Source of the DNA: a virus
IMG/VR virus record: IMGVR_UViG_3300036795_000250
Span: 32,001-96,000 of that record
Strand: one strand, 5' to 3'
DNA length: 64,000 nucleotides
Made by a program: the position numbers and the translations under genes. Shown here one piece after another: positions 28,017 to 38,110 of the stretch. The stretch's first letter is position 1. Each line of letters starts with the position of its first letter. The notes below the pieces were generated by a model, which worked only from the letters and a program-made list of their open reading frames with translations, searched no databases and was not told the DNA's origin.

Positions 28017-28621
28017 GACCGTACCCCTGCCACTACTTGCGCTCCACCAACGATGTCATGCTTGACCACTGTGAAACCGCCCGCGTTGAGCAGTTCGACA
28101 TACCCCGCCTTGTCCCACGCCCAGGTGTGGAAGGGGTAGTGCGCGTCTGGAGACTCAAACGCGGGCGAGGATGCGATGAGGATCCGCGAGTGTTCAGCGA
28201 CGCGTTGCACGAACAGCTGGGGCGCCGTCAGATGTTCGAGCACCTCCGTCGCAACCGCGACATTCCCCCACTCGATCTGCGGGCCCCAGATGTCGCCATA
28301 GCGCGCATCGACATGCCGAGCGGCCACCGCCGGCCGGATGTTGGAGGGTTGCAGGTCATATCCCCAAGCCCGGCAGGGCACATGCGAGGACTTCAACAGA
28401 GACAGCAGGCCCCCGTCCCCGCAGCCGAGATCGACCACCGTCGGGACAATGCTGGGTGGCATCAGGCTGGTGACCGCCCAGTCGACCAGGCGGGCCGCCG
28501 CTAGCAGTCGCTCCTTATGGTCCGGCTGCTCTAGATGTGCTGCACGTTCCCGCGCCGCATACCATGACGCCGTCGTGTGCTCAGGGATAGTGTCGTCCTC
28601 GAAAAGCTTCCATTCAGCCAC
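28013..28621 (-). CDS. Class I SAM-dependent methyltransferase
   Basis: VVDLGCGDG, GYD, TEVLEHL. Confidence 0.88.
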   Translation of the reverse strand: MAEWKLFEDDTIPEHTTASWYAARERAAHLEQPDHKERLLAAARLVDWAVTSLMPPSIVPTVVDLGCGDGGLLSLLKSSHVPCRAWGYDLQPSNIRPAVAARHVDARYGDIWGPQIEWGNVAVATEVLEHLTAPQLFVQRVAEHSRILIASSPAFESPDAHYPFHTWAWDKAGYVELLNAGGFTVVKHDIVGGAQVVAGVRS

Positions 28622-29351
28622 TGTTCACATCACCATTCGCGCGAACAGACCGCTCATTGGCGAGATCTCGAATCAGCTTTGCCGCAACAGGGAGCTCGAA
28701 CTGTTGCCACAGGCGGAATTCCTCCATGTCGTGGCTGTTGGTGTCCGAGCTGTTGCGCGTGCGGTAGCCGTCATCCCAATCGCTCAGCCCAGCGCTCGGG
28801 TGTAGGTGCTGGATGTGCATGTGCGGCAGATACGTCAGACAGTGTGCTGCTATTCCCAACTCCAGCCAGGCATTGTCCACCCAGAGGTGGTGCATTCGCG
28901 GTGGTGCCATGTAGCCGATGGCCTCGACGATTGCGGCGGTCATGACAATCGCGGTCGGCAGCCGAGGACCTTGGATGCCGTCATCGCCGTACACCATGCC
29001 GGTGCCCATCCCACGGAGCACGCGGATCGCATGGTCGGCCCAGTCGCCCTGCGGCAGGTGGTCATCACCCATGAACGCGAGCATCTCGTAGCGATCCAGG
29101 CAGTGTGCTGCCAACAGGTTGAGCGCCATCACCATGCCTGGTCGATGTCCTTCGGGCAGGATCACGATCTCGCCGGACGTGATGCGCTCTGCCGCGAGCT
29201 CCCGGTATCCGGCCAGCTTCGGATCATCCGCGTCCACGCCCACGAATACGTCGACATCCGGTGCTGTCTCGCGGCAGGTGCGTAGGAGCCGACGGGTATT
29301 GTCCGGGCGCCCTCGGGATGGGACCAGCACTGCGAGTGTGAGTTCGGGCAT
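28614..29351 (-). CDS. Glycosyltransferase family 2
   Basis: VLVPSRGRP, VGVDADD, FMGDDH, HLWVD, IQHLH. Confidence 0.85.
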   Translation of the reverse strand: MPELTLAVLVPSRGRPDNTRRLLRTCRETAPDVDVFVGVDADDPKLAGYRELAAERITSGEIVILPEGHRPGMVMALNLLAAHCLDRYEMLAFMGDDHLPQGDWADHAIRVLRGMGTGMVYGDDGIQGPRLPTAIVMTAAIVEAIGYMAPPRMHHLWVDNAWLELGIAAHCLTYLPHMHIQHLHPSAGLSDWDDGYRTRNSSDTNSHDMEEFRLWQQFELPVAAKLIRDLANERSVRANGDVNSG

Positions 29352-29378
29352 CAGGTCCTCGTTTGCGGAAGTGGGGGG

Positions 29379-29687
29379 TCAGACGGCTGTATGCGGGTGA
29401 GTTGCGTTGACCGCGTCTCGGTAGTCATCCAGCACCTGCTGCGCGGTCGGGGCGTCGTGCGGATGATGCTTGCGGCACACCATGTGCTGCGTGCCCTGGA
29501 CCTGGAGCTTGCCGAGTCTCCAGCAGCCTTTGACGTGGCAGTTCTTGTGTCGTAACCAGCCAACCGCGACGCCGACAATGGTGACTTCGCCGATGTCTGA
29601 TCCCGGGCCGGACCAGAATGCGTAGTGCGGGCCGGTCCCGCTGATACCGAAGAAGACATAGAGCCAGTTGCCGATGTCGGTCCACAT
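29379..29687 (-). CDS. Small membrane protein with C-terminal CHxxxC..CxxHHP motif
   Basis: YAFWSGPGSDIGE..RHKNCHVKGCWRLG..CRKHHP. Confidence 0.65.
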   Translation of the reverse strand: MWTDIGNWLYVFFGISGTGPHYAFWSGPGSDIGEVTIVGVAVGWLRHKNCHVKGCWRLGKLQVQGTQHMVCRKHHPHDAPTAQQVLDDYRDAVNATHPHTAV

Positions 29688-29712
29688 GGCATCGTGTCCT
29701 CTCCGCGCTCAT

Positions 29713-30852
29713 CTACATTGCCTGCATTTCGTCCAGAGAGAGCCGGCGCACGGGTATGGGCGTGGGAATGGGAAGCGGGGCTGGCTGGGCCGAGGGGCGC
29801 CCCTTGCTCAGTTGCTCGCTCATCACCACGATCGCCAGTTCGAGCGTGCAGCGCCCGTCATCTCCCAACCGGGCCGTGGTCTGCACCTGCCACAACACCG
29901 TGAGCGCGGCGAGAATCCGATCGGCGCCGATCTGCACGGCTAGGCGCTCGCGGGCCGCCAGCGCGCTGGCTTGGCAGGTCAACCTCGATCCGCCTTTGAG
30001 GACCATCAGATCGCGCAGGCAGCGGACCAGAGCCGTGGTGATCGTCTGTGGGTCGCCGGTCCGGTACAGTTGCTCATCGACCGCGCGCAGTGCGCTCACC
30101 ACATCAGCGTCATACATCGCCGCTATCAGACCAGGGGCGAAGTCGTCCTCACCCAGCACCTCCAGGAACTGTTCCACGGTGCGGATGCCGACCCGGGTGA
30201 CCTGGTCCAGCAGCATGACGGCATCCCGCATCCCACCATCGGCACGCTCAGCGATAAGGCGCAGCAATGGCTTCTCCGCGTCGAGGTTCTCCTGTGTACA
30301 GATGTGAGCCAGCCTGTCTGTCATGTCGTGTACGGTCAGGCGCCGGAAGTTGAACGTCATGCAACGGCTCAGCACCGTATCTGGTATCCGCCGTAGCTCT
30401 GTGGTGAGTAGAACGAAGACATTGTCGGGAGCGGGTTCTTCGAGCATATTGAGCAGTACGTTAAAGGCGTCCCGACGCAGAGACTGACATTCGTCGAGGA
30501 TCACCACTCGCTTGCGCCCGTTGATGGTATAACGCACAGTCTCCCGGAGCGCCCGGATGTCGTCGACCAATCCGTTGGACGCACCATCGATTTCCAGCAC
30601 GTCCAGCGATTTTCCCTGCAACACCGCCACACAGGACACGCAGGAGCCGCAGGGACCGGGCGTCATGTCGCAGTTGAGGGCCGCGCCGAGGATGCGAGCG
30701 CTGGAGGTCTTGCCGAGGCCAGCGGCCCCTTCAAACACCATGGCCGCTGGGATGGATTCCTTGATAGCCATCTGGCGCAGGATCAATGACACTGATCGCT
30801 GGCCCACTATCTCACCAAAGCCGGAAGGGCGATATTTGTTCGCCAACAACAT
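29713..30852 (-). CDS. dnaX: DNA polymerase III clamp-loader ATPase (gamma/tau), gamma-length
   Basis: LANKYRP..GEIVGQ, GLGKTS, PCGSCVSC, EIDGASN, ILDECQ, EEP, SRC motif, DGGMRDA. Confidence 0.95.
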   Translation of the reverse strand: MLLANKYRPSGFGEIVGQRSVSLILRQMAIKESIPAAMVFEGAAGLGKTSSARILGAALNCDMTPGPCGSCVSCVAVLQGKSLDVLEIDGASNGLVDDIRALRETVRYTINGRKRVVILDECQSLRRDAFNVLLNMLEEPAPDNVFVLLTTELRRIPDTVLSRCMTFNFRRLTVHDMTDRLAHICTQENLDAEKPLLRLIAERADGGMRDAVMLLDQVTRVGIRTVEQFLEVLGEDDFAPGLIAAMYDADVVSALRAVDEQLYRTGDPQTITTALVRCLRDLMVLKGGSRLTCQASALAARERLAVQIGADRILAALTVLWQVQTTARLGDDGRCTLELAIVVMSEQLSKGRPSAQPAPLPIPTPIPVRRLSLDEMQAM

Positions 30853-30916
30853 CGCGAGGCACGCTCCTTCAATCTGTCACCATCAGCCCGGCTCGCAAGC
30901 TGGCTGCATCGTCACG

Positions 30917-31486
30917 TCACCAGTCGTGAGGTTGCGAACTGGTTCGCAGTTGCCGGTACTGCCGCACAGCACCAGCGCCGTCTTGGCAGAAGTCGATCCA
31001 TGGTTCGATCCTGAGCTGTGTGCCGACGAGCCAGAACCATTCTGCGCAGCCCGCAGCACGCACAGCAGACAGGAAGCTGCCGAAGCCATAGGCACCCACA
31101 GGTCCACGCCATGCTCGGGCTTGAGTCTGTTCGAAAAAGCCTTGCTGATATTCCAGAGCTAATGGTTGATGCTGGCTGGTCAGGTGCTGCTCGATGACCG
31201 CACATATCGGGGTGTAGCTTGACAGCAGCATCGCGTTCAGATCGTCAATCACAGCATCAGCGTGCGCAGCGCCGTCGTACCAGCCTTCCCCGAAGTTGGC
31301 AGGTTCATTGCGATAGACACCAATGAATGACAGTCCACTCGCGAGCCAGTCGTCAATCACGACGGCGTTCGCAGCGCGACCTGGCCGAGACACACCTACC
31401 GAGCCGAACACACCGGCATAGCCAGCAGCTTTTAGCTCTGCTCCACTAGAAAAGGTGTCGGCGTATGCGTAGCGGCCTAGCGACAC
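30917..31486 (-). CDS. DUF1906/Rv2525c-like glycoside hydrolase domain protein
   Basis: LKAAGYAGV, GLSFIGVY, GWYDGAAHA..A, PVGAYG, WFW. Confidence 0.6.
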   Translation of the reverse strand: MSLGRYAYADTFSSGAELKAAGYAGVFGSVGVSRPGRAANAVVIDDWLASGLSFIGVYRNEPANFGEGWYDGAAHADAVIDDLNAMLLSSYTPICAVIEQHLTSQHQPLALEYQQGFFEQTQARAWRGPVGAYGFGSFLSAVRAAGCAEWFWLVGTQLRIEPWIDFCQDGAGAVRQYRQLRTSSQPHDW

Positions 31487-31553
31487 GCCGACACCTCACA
31501 GACCTCTAGCTCTGAAAGACACACCATCTCGAAACTGTTTCACCCGTGCGAGC

Positions 31554-32492
31554 TCAGAGCTTCTTAGCACGGATCCATGCAAGTGCTTCCTCAGCCAAGT
31601 GCGGCAGCCGAGTGAACCGATCGAGACGCTCGTGCCCCAGCCATGTACGTAGTGCCGCCGCAAAGGAGTGATCCGCTGACTGCGCCGCCGCAGTGAAGGG
31701 GTCTGGGTGCCCGGTGAGCGTGGTGTAGGCCGTTCCCAGTCCCACCAGATCCAGCCCGGATGGCGTGGTGCCGGCCGCGCTCAGCCACTCGGGCGTGATC
31801 GGCACCCAGACCTCGTCGACGTACTTGTGCCACCACGGCACGGAGATCTCTTCCACCGCGCCCCAGGTGACGCACCGGAAGTCGCTGCCGTCGTAGCCGA
31901 CGTGAATGCAGTGACCGCCGATGCTGGCAGCACCGTCCACCACGGTCCACGGCTGGTTGGCGTTGAACTGATCCATCGCCGACTCCGGGAAGGACACCCC
32001 GACCATCAGCGCACCGAAAACACGCAGCGCGGCTTGGACGTGGGTGAAGTCCTTGATCTGGGCGTAGGCCAGGATCTGATGGCCCGCGATGCCGGACTTC
32101 TGCCAATAGGCCAGAGCATCCGCGAGCACGGTGCCGTTGTCGGTAGGGTTGCTGCCGTCCGGCTGGGTCTGGGCCGGATCGAAACCGGTGACGGCGGAGT
32201 AGCCAGTGAGCAGTGCCGCCGCAGGAACTTCCAGCGTGACACCGGAAGCGTAGGTCGTCCAGGCTTCCAGCATGTGCCCGACGGCTGCCCAGACGCAGCA
32301 CCCGTACTGATCGTTGTTGTACATCGGCCACTGTGCCACCAGTGACGTCCAGTCCACGACCGTGCTGAGAGGTGTGGCGATAGGGGAAGCGGCGGACTCG
32401 GGATCAAGGAACTCGTCCAGAACTAGAGTGTCCCGGTTTGGGTCGTGCGGGCTCCTGCCCAATTTTCCGGCCTGCCTGAGCGAAGACGTCAT
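31554..32492 (-). CDS. Papain-like cysteine peptidase
   Basis: WPMYNNDQYGCCVWAAVGH (Cys), GGHCIHVGYD (His), CVTWG. Confidence 0.72.
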   Translation of the reverse strand: MTSSLRQAGKLGRSPHDPNRDTLVLDEFLDPESAASPIATPLSTVVDWTSLVAQWPMYNNDQYGCCVWAAVGHMLEAWTTYASGVTLEVPAAALLTGYSAVTGFDPAQTQPDGSNPTDNGTVLADALAYWQKSGIAGHQILAYAQIKDFTHVQAALRVFGALMVGVSFPESAMDQFNANQPWTVVDGAASIGGHCIHVGYDGSDFRCVTWGAVEEISVPWWHKYVDEVWVPITPEWLSAAGTTPSGLDLVGLGTAYTTLTGHPDPFTAAAQSADHSFAAALRTWLGHERLDRFTRLPHLAEEALAWIRAKKL

Positions 32493-32627
32493 GGTCGAAC
32501 CTCTCGTCAGGAGGGTATCTGCTGAGACTAACCCGAAGCCTGGTCGTCGTCCATACGCCACGGACTGTCCACATCGTCCTCCAGCGGGACAACTACGGCC
32601 CTGGAACGCCGCAGCTCATGATGTTCC

Positions 32628-33866
32628 TTAACTGCCATGGTAGATCTGCTCCCAGTCGACAGTGGCCGCACAGGTCTTCATGCTCTGGCACCATTCCCAC
32701 GAGGTTTGAACGCGATGGGTGTCAGGGTCGACGATGGACGATGTGCCGGTACACAATTCGCACGGCCGTGGTGGGCATTGCGGAGCTGCAACCCCGTCAC
32801 CGTAGTTGATCGGGATGCCACGCTCGTCGGTCTCCATCTTCCTTGACCTCCCTATCTACTGTCTTCCAGGGACATCAGATGCGCGCAGGCCAATGCCAGG
32901 TCCCGGCACCGTGCGCACGACAGTCGCACAGATCAGGATCGCTACCTACTGGTGTGCCGTCCTGCATTGCTGGGTCGTACCGCACGCCAGTGTTGAAGAA
33001 CAGCCCGGTCGGGTTCTCGACCTTCATCGCCAGGGCGTCGTCGAAGAACCACTCCTCGACCTCACGGATCGGTCGGCCTTCACTCCGATCGAATGAGGGT
33101 GGTTGTTTGATGGACACGGCAATCCACTGGCCTACCTCGGTGACGGTCGCGGCACGACACCGGGAGGTGAACGCTTGTGAGCCATCTGCTCGGATCGGCG
33201 AGCCATGAGAAACGTAATGGACGGCTCGCCCGACGGATGGATTTTGCTCGGTCATCATGGAACCTTTCGCTTCTCGCTATTGCTCTTGGTTGAGTTGGAC
33301 GGTTTTTCGCTTCCAGGACAGGAACTCCGCAGCATCGAACCGTTCGAGCATCGCGGCAAGAGTCGGCTCGATGGACACACCATGCGGGACAATCTCTATG
33401 GCGTAGTCGTCATCTGCCTCGCGGTCCTCAATCGTCACCGACGACTCGCCGGTAGACAGCGTCTCCATGGACAGGTTCCCGCCAGCCGCCTTGAGCGCGT
33501 CATACATCGGCGCACAGGTGTCGGGCACCTGAGCATAGGCAGGGACTCGTTGGCCGTCTGGTGGGCGGTACCACAGCAGTGAGACAATCATGAGGGTCAC
33601 CTCGTTCCTGGGATCAGAGCTCTCAGCAGGTTCTTCTTCAGTACCTGCTCATCCCACAGCTCGATCTGTCCCGGCACTACTTGCGAAGGGTTGAGCGCGT
33701 CGAATGAATATTGGTCGACTGAGCACTGGTCCACTTCCGGACCGTCCTTCCACCACACCACAAGCTTCAAACCAGCAAAGAGCGGGTGCGGCATCTGTCC
33801 TATGAAGACCCAGGTGCCAGTGTGGTTGGTGACACGGACGCCGGGTGTGAGATCAGAAACCTTCAT
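32628..33866 (-). CDS. Run of four small hypothetical genes (32628-32837, 32875-33258, 33277-33600, 33597-33866)
   Basis: Co-oriented, with RBSs or overlaps; 32875-33258 has the common actinophage PSVGRxVHYVS..CRAAxVTEV motif. Confidence 0.55.
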
Positions 33867-34519
33867 ATCTCCTCCACCTGGGTAGTGCCGTCATCGCCAA
33901 GCGCGAACCGATAGCGTTTGTCAGCCACGTCAAGGAACTCATCCTGGTGACTGACCAGGATGATCTGGACCCCGCTCTTGTCGGTCAGGTCTCGTAGGAA
34001 TTCAGCCATCAACGGCACATACTCCTTACTTAAATGGGCGAATGGTTCGTCCAGCACCAACACCGAGTCCCGCCACGCAGGTTTGGAGAGCAGCAACACC
34101 ACCAGCCGAAGCAGGAATCCCACCACTGCGGCGAGTCCACCGCCTCGGGCCGCCATGATGTCGGTGTCGATGACCCGCCCGTCAGTCAGTGTGGAGCGCA
34201 CGATGAACTCCACGCTCGCCTGCTTGCCACGGTGGCTCGTGATGATGTGGAAGGACAGCTCATCGCCGAACACCGTGTGCAGTCCACGAGTGACGAGAGC
34301 CTCAATCTGCGCCTGCGCGGTTGCTTGCCGCTGCTCGCCAATCGTCGAGAGCACCGTCATGACGTGGTCGTAGCGATCGATCTCCGCTTGCAGCTTGACG
34401 ACCTCGCTCTGGATTTCCTTGCCGTGCGATGCCATGTGGCGCGCTTGCCCGGTGAGCTGGTCCAGTTCCCGTTGCATTGCCTGGATTCGGCTGATCAGCG
34501 GTCCTAGTTCGACATCCAT
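33863..34519 (-). CDS. Rad50/SbcC C-terminal half (coiled coil plus ABC signature, Walker B, H-loop)
   Basis: ARGGG, VLVLDEPFAHLS, ILVSHQ; no Walker A. Confidence 0.85.
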   Translation of the reverse strand: MDVELGPLISRIQAMQRELDQLTGQARHMASHGKEIQSEVVKLQAEIDRYDHVMTVLSTIGEQRQATAQAQIEALVTRGLHTVFGDELSFHIITSHRGKQASVEFIVRSTLTDGRVIDTDIMAARGGGLAAVVGFLLRLVVLLLSKPAWRDSVLVLDEPFAHLSKEYVPLMAEFLRDLTDKSGVQIILVSHQDEFLDVADKRYRFALGDDGTTQVEEI

Positions 34520-35659
34520 CTATGTGATCCAGTCACTTGACATTTGTTGGATGACGCCGACCGTGCCCGCGTCGTCATCACGCAGCATCAGCGGAGCCTT
34601 CTTCGTCTTGCTGCTGTTGCCGAGCTTGAAGAGACAACTGACGCCGGACTGCGATTGCAGTAGCTCCACGAGGCGCAGGTGGTTCAGGATCAACTCTTGA
34701 TCCTTGCTGTCCCACACCACCGTCAGCGCCTCCTGCGCGCTGTTGCCCTGCTTGTCGGACGAGCTGATCGTCAGCGTGCCGGGTGTGAGCGCCAGGCGCA
34801 CCGCGCTGGTCTCGGGATCGGCATTCACTCGTACCCGTTTGATCGCATCGATCAACTCCTGGCGGCCCAACTCCAATGGGTACCTGTTCTCTAACGCCGG
34901 GCGTAGCAACAGATGCTCGACGTCCGGGAAGCGGGTCATCAGCTTCCTGAGGACGAAGACATCAGCGCCGATCCGGAAGGCGCAGTGGCGTTCGCCGGTT
35001 CCGATTTCTAGCTCGGTAGACTCACTGCTCCGCAGCAACTTGCTCAGGTCATCGACCGCGTTGGCCGGGATCTGGAGCGAGAGCGGGAACTCCAGGACGC
35101 TCGCTTGCTGGAACCGCAGACCGTCGCACGCGGTCAGCCGACTATGGGCAATGTCGATCATCATCAGCGCGATGCGCTCGATGTTCTTGCTCACCGCCCC
35201 GCGCACCGAGGCAAGAGCGGTCAGGAAGCGCGCTCGGTCGGTGGTCGCCCAGACCATGGTGTCCAGGTCCGGCAGCGGTGGGTAGTCACGTTCCTGGGTA
35301 AGCCGCACCGTCCAGCGGGCCCGGCCGATGCGGATCTGCGCGGTGCTGTCGGCCACCTCGATCTCCACGGTGCCGGCCCGCGCCCCGGCCGAGCGCATGA
35401 TCTCCATCATCCGCTTGGCGGGCACCAGCACCGTGCCACCGTGGCTGACCTCGGCCACCGTGGTCGACACGAGCATGGATTGCTCCAGGTTGCTGGCGAG
35501 CACCTGCACCTGGTTCGCAGATCGCTCGGTGCTGCCAGCTGTCAGTTGGAAGTTCTTCAACACCGGCAGCAGTTCCTTGGTCGTCACGACCACGAACGCC
35601 TTTTCCAGGAGGGCATGCAGCGCCCCACTGTCAGCGCAGAAGAACAGGTCGGTGCTCAT
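34520..35659 (-). CDS. dnaN: DNA polymerase III beta sliding clamp
   Basis: 379 aa; LPVLKNF, ASNLE, DYPPLP, ACDGLR, RFPDVE..L, LIDAIKRV. Confidence 0.9.
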   Translation of the reverse strand: MSTDLFFCADSGALHALLEKAFVVVTTKELLPVLKNFQLTAGSTERSANQVQVLASNLEQSMLVSTTVAEVSHGGTVLVPAKRMMEIMRSAGARAGTVEIEVADSTAQIRIGRARWTVRLTQERDYPPLPDLDTMVWATTDRARFLTALASVRGAVSKNIERIALMMIDIAHSRLTACDGLRFQQASVLEFPLSLQIPANAVDDLSKLLRSSESTELEIGTGERHCAFRIGADVFVLRKLMTRFPDVEHLLLRPALENRYPLELGRQELIDAIKRVRVNADPETSAVRLALTPGTLTISSSDKQGNSAQEALTVVWDSKDQELILNHLRLVELLQSQSGVSCLFKLGNSSKTKKAPLMLRDDDAGTVGVIQQMSSDWIT

Positions 35660-35898
35660 GCGCCCAACGCTGCCTGGAGCTGTTGCACCTGCGCGGCCAG
35701 ATCTGCCTTCAGGCTTGTGAGCAGAGTGAGCCCCTCGTCGATCGTGGTGACGCCAAACTCACGAGCGAGCGCCGCCGTCGACTCTCGCACCGTGGCGATG
35801 GCGGCATCTCGTTGATGCTGTGCCTTGGCCTGTTCTCGCTGCGCCGCCCCGATCCGTTCTTTGATCTGGCGTATCTGGTCGTCCAGAGTGTCGGTCAT
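35656..35898 (-). CDS. Small coiled-coil protein
   Basis: 80 aa heptad-rich, LAREFGV. Confidence 0.6.
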   Translation of the reverse strand: MTDTLDDQIRQIKERIGAAQREQAKAQHQRDAAIATVRESTAALAREFGVTTIDEGLTLLTSLKADLAAQVQQLQAALGA

Positions 35899-36064
35899 GT
35901 CGTGCCTCACATCTCGCAGTCTTGGACTGCGATGACAAGATCCTGGGTGTCCTCGGTGCCTTCCTCGGCACTCGCCAGCCAAAACAGCACTGTGGACACT
36001 GGCTGGTTGACGTCCTCCTGTTTCACACCATGCCGGTCGCTGAAGATGATGGTGTAGAGGCCGC

Positions 36065-36901
36065 TCACAGGAGATCTCCGTTCCCGACTAGCGAGGTGGG
36101 TAGCTTGCCGTTGACTGGTTTAAATTTTATGCAGGCATGGTGCACTGGACAGTAGGTGCACCCGGACGTGCCTTGCTTCGGTTCAAAGTCTTGTTGCCAG
36201 ACATCGGTGGCGAATCGGCAGATCCGTGACCACAGTTGTGCCCGGTCGTCATCGGAGATGGTGAAGCCGAGGACCTGTTCGGTACACATGGGCTGGATGA
36301 GCCCGGTCATGTGTGCGTAGTCGCCGAACATCGCGGACAGCGCCAGATCGTAGAACACCAGCTGCGCCATCGTTTTACGCCAGTAGCTCTCGTTGCGGGT
36401 CGCTTTCAGATCCCAGATTCCCCAGTGCCCCTGTGCATTGCGGGTCAGCAGGTCCATCTCGCCCCGAAGATGGATGCAGGTCGGCTCACCCGTCAGCGAC
36501 GGGATCTGCACCGGCACCGTGAATCGCTTGGCCGGCTCATAGTCGTAGGCCAGGACCAGTCTGCGTAGGATCGGCTCCAGCCGACGCACGAGTTCCGTGC
36601 AGAACTCACGAAGCTCACTGCGGTCGCTGCGCGACTTCCACCGGACCACACCATCTCCGGTCTCCAGCGACTCTTTCTCACACGAGACGATGAAGTCATC
36701 GACCATCGTGATCATCGCGCCAGGGGTCTGCTCCGGCTCCATCAGCCACGCGCGCATGATCCGATCGGCTACGGTGCCGTGGAAGAAGGGGCGCACGTCT
36801 TTGGACGGGTTCCGATGCCCGGTCCTGAACAGCATGCCTTGTTGCTTGCAGAACTCGTGTGCTTGCAGGCTGCTCCACGAGATCGAAAGAGGTTCCATCA
36901 C
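36065..36901 (-). CDS. PD-(D/E)xK RecB/Cas4-like exonuclease
   Basis: ISWSSL..C, FHGT, LRGEMDLL, IWDLK, QLVFY, terminal CTYCPVHHAC. Confidence 0.87.
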   Translation of the reverse strand: MMEPLSISWSSLQAHEFCKQQGMLFRTGHRNPSKDVRPFFHGTVADRIMRAWLMEPEQTPGAMITMVDDFIVSCEKESLETGDGVVRWKSRSDRSELREFCTELVRRLEPILRRLVLAYDYEPAKRFTVPVQIPSLTGEPTCIHLRGEMDLLTRNAQGHWGIWDLKATRNESYWRKTMAQLVFYDLALSAMFGDYAHMTGLIQPMCTEQVLGFTISDDDRAQLWSRICRFATDVWQQDFEPKQGTSGCTYCPVHHACIKFKPVNGKLPTSLVGNGDLL

Positions 36902-37911
36902 GCTGCCCCGTGTAATAGCTCCATGATGAGCTGCTCGGTCTCATGTCCCAGTTGCAACGAGCGGACGTGCTCCATCACAGACTCGATGCTGGTGATCTCG
37001 ATGGTTGCTTCACCGATCGACGCCAAGAACTGGTCCAGATCGACCTGGGTTTGTTTCTTCTGTGCTGCCTCGGTCAGCTTGAACACCTCATCGATGGGTT
37101 TCGCGTCCAGCGGGACACGGGTAAACCGCCCGGCCACTGTGTCCCACTCGGTAGCGACGATCTCCCGAGTCAGGTTGTATTCGTGCAGGCTGCCCCGGGA
37201 CAGAGCGCCGTTATTGCAGTACCGAACACCGTTGACGACAAACTCGCCCGCAGGCTCATGGATGTGTCCGTAGTAGACCGCGCCTTGGTTACCCATGAGG
37301 TCGGCGAAGACGTCGGTCGGGAAGTGTTCGAACTCCAGTTCCGTACCGGGTCGGTAAAACGGCGCATGGGTGACGATGAGCGCGGGAGCCGAGCCGTCCC
37401 ACCGAGTACGCCAATCGTCCAGCGCGCTTGTGATGACACCGCGCGCGTACGCAGACGGAGTGCCGTCCGAGGCGCGGTCGTTCCAGATCTGGAGCCAGGG
37501 GATGCCGAAGATCGGCAGCTCGACCTCGGTGCGGGCGGCGGGGACGGCAGACCACCCCAGCAAAGGACGTGCGCAGGTCCGCAGCAGCACACCTAAGGGC
37601 TGGCTGTCCAGGACGCTCTCGCTACGGTCATGGGCCATATCGTGATTGCCCATGACGATGTAAAAAGGGCATGGGTAGTCGCTGATCAGTTCGATCGATC
37701 GCTGTATGAGCCGATGGCTGGTGCGGGCCGGGATCTTGGAGTGGAAGAAGTCGCCCGCCTGCACCACGGCCGCGTAATTCCGGCTCCGCGCGAGGTCGAC
37801 GGTTTGCCGCAGCAGAGCGAACAGATCATCGAGGTAGGTGTCCGTGCAGGAAGATGGTGGCCGGTCGGCCAAGTGCAGGTCACCGAGCAACAGAACCGTG
37901 CTCATCCTCAC
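36898..37911 (-). CDS. Mre11/SbcD metallophosphoesterase nuclease
   Basis: GDLHL, AGDFFH, GNHD, VTH, YGHIH, NNGALSR. Confidence 0.9.
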   Translation of the reverse strand: MRMSTVLLLGDLHLADRPPSSCTDTYLDDLFALLRQTVDLARSRNYAAVVQAGDFFHSKIPARTSHRLIQRSIELISDYPCPFYIVMGNHDMAHDRSESVLDSQPLGVLLRTCARPLLGWSAVPAARTEVELPIFGIPWLQIWNDRASDGTPSAYARGVITSALDDWRTRWDGSAPALIVTHAPFYRPGTELEFEHFPTDVFADLMGNQGAVYYGHIHEPAGEFVVNGVRYCNNGALSRGSLHEYNLTREIVATEWDTVAGRFTRVPLDAKPIDEVFKLTEAAQKKQTQVDLDQFLASIGEATIEITSIESVMEHVRSLQLGHETEQLIMELLHGAA

Positions 37912-38110
37912 CGTCCTCGATCTTGCGTTCCCAGATGACGTAGCGGTCGCAACCCCAGCACTTCACCTGGTGATAACCTCTCGCCAACATGTCCGCAGCC
38001 CAGGTATTCCAGACGTCAACATGTTTGGGTATGTGCGGATGATGCTGACTCCCATTAGGACACGCCGCTATCTGCTTCTTGGTGGCCTTGTACCGACCTT
38101 CGTTAGTCAT
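37880..38110 (-). CDS. Small hypothetical protein with Cys motifs
   Basis: WAADM..HQVKCWGC. Confidence 0.5.
   Translation of the reverse strand: MTNEGRYKATKKQIAACPNGSQHHPHIPKHVDVWNTWAADMLARGYHQVKCWGCDRYVIWERKIEDGEDEHGSVAR

Noticed and set aside
30853-31000. Frameshift truncation of the DUF1906-like gene
   Set aside because: The C-terminus looks short, but no convincing continuation in another frame could be shown without alignment
36065-36901. CRISPR-Cas system suggested by a Cas4-like nuclease
   Set aside because: No array or other cas genes; stand-alone Cas4/RecB-like exonucleases are routine in phage recombination modules
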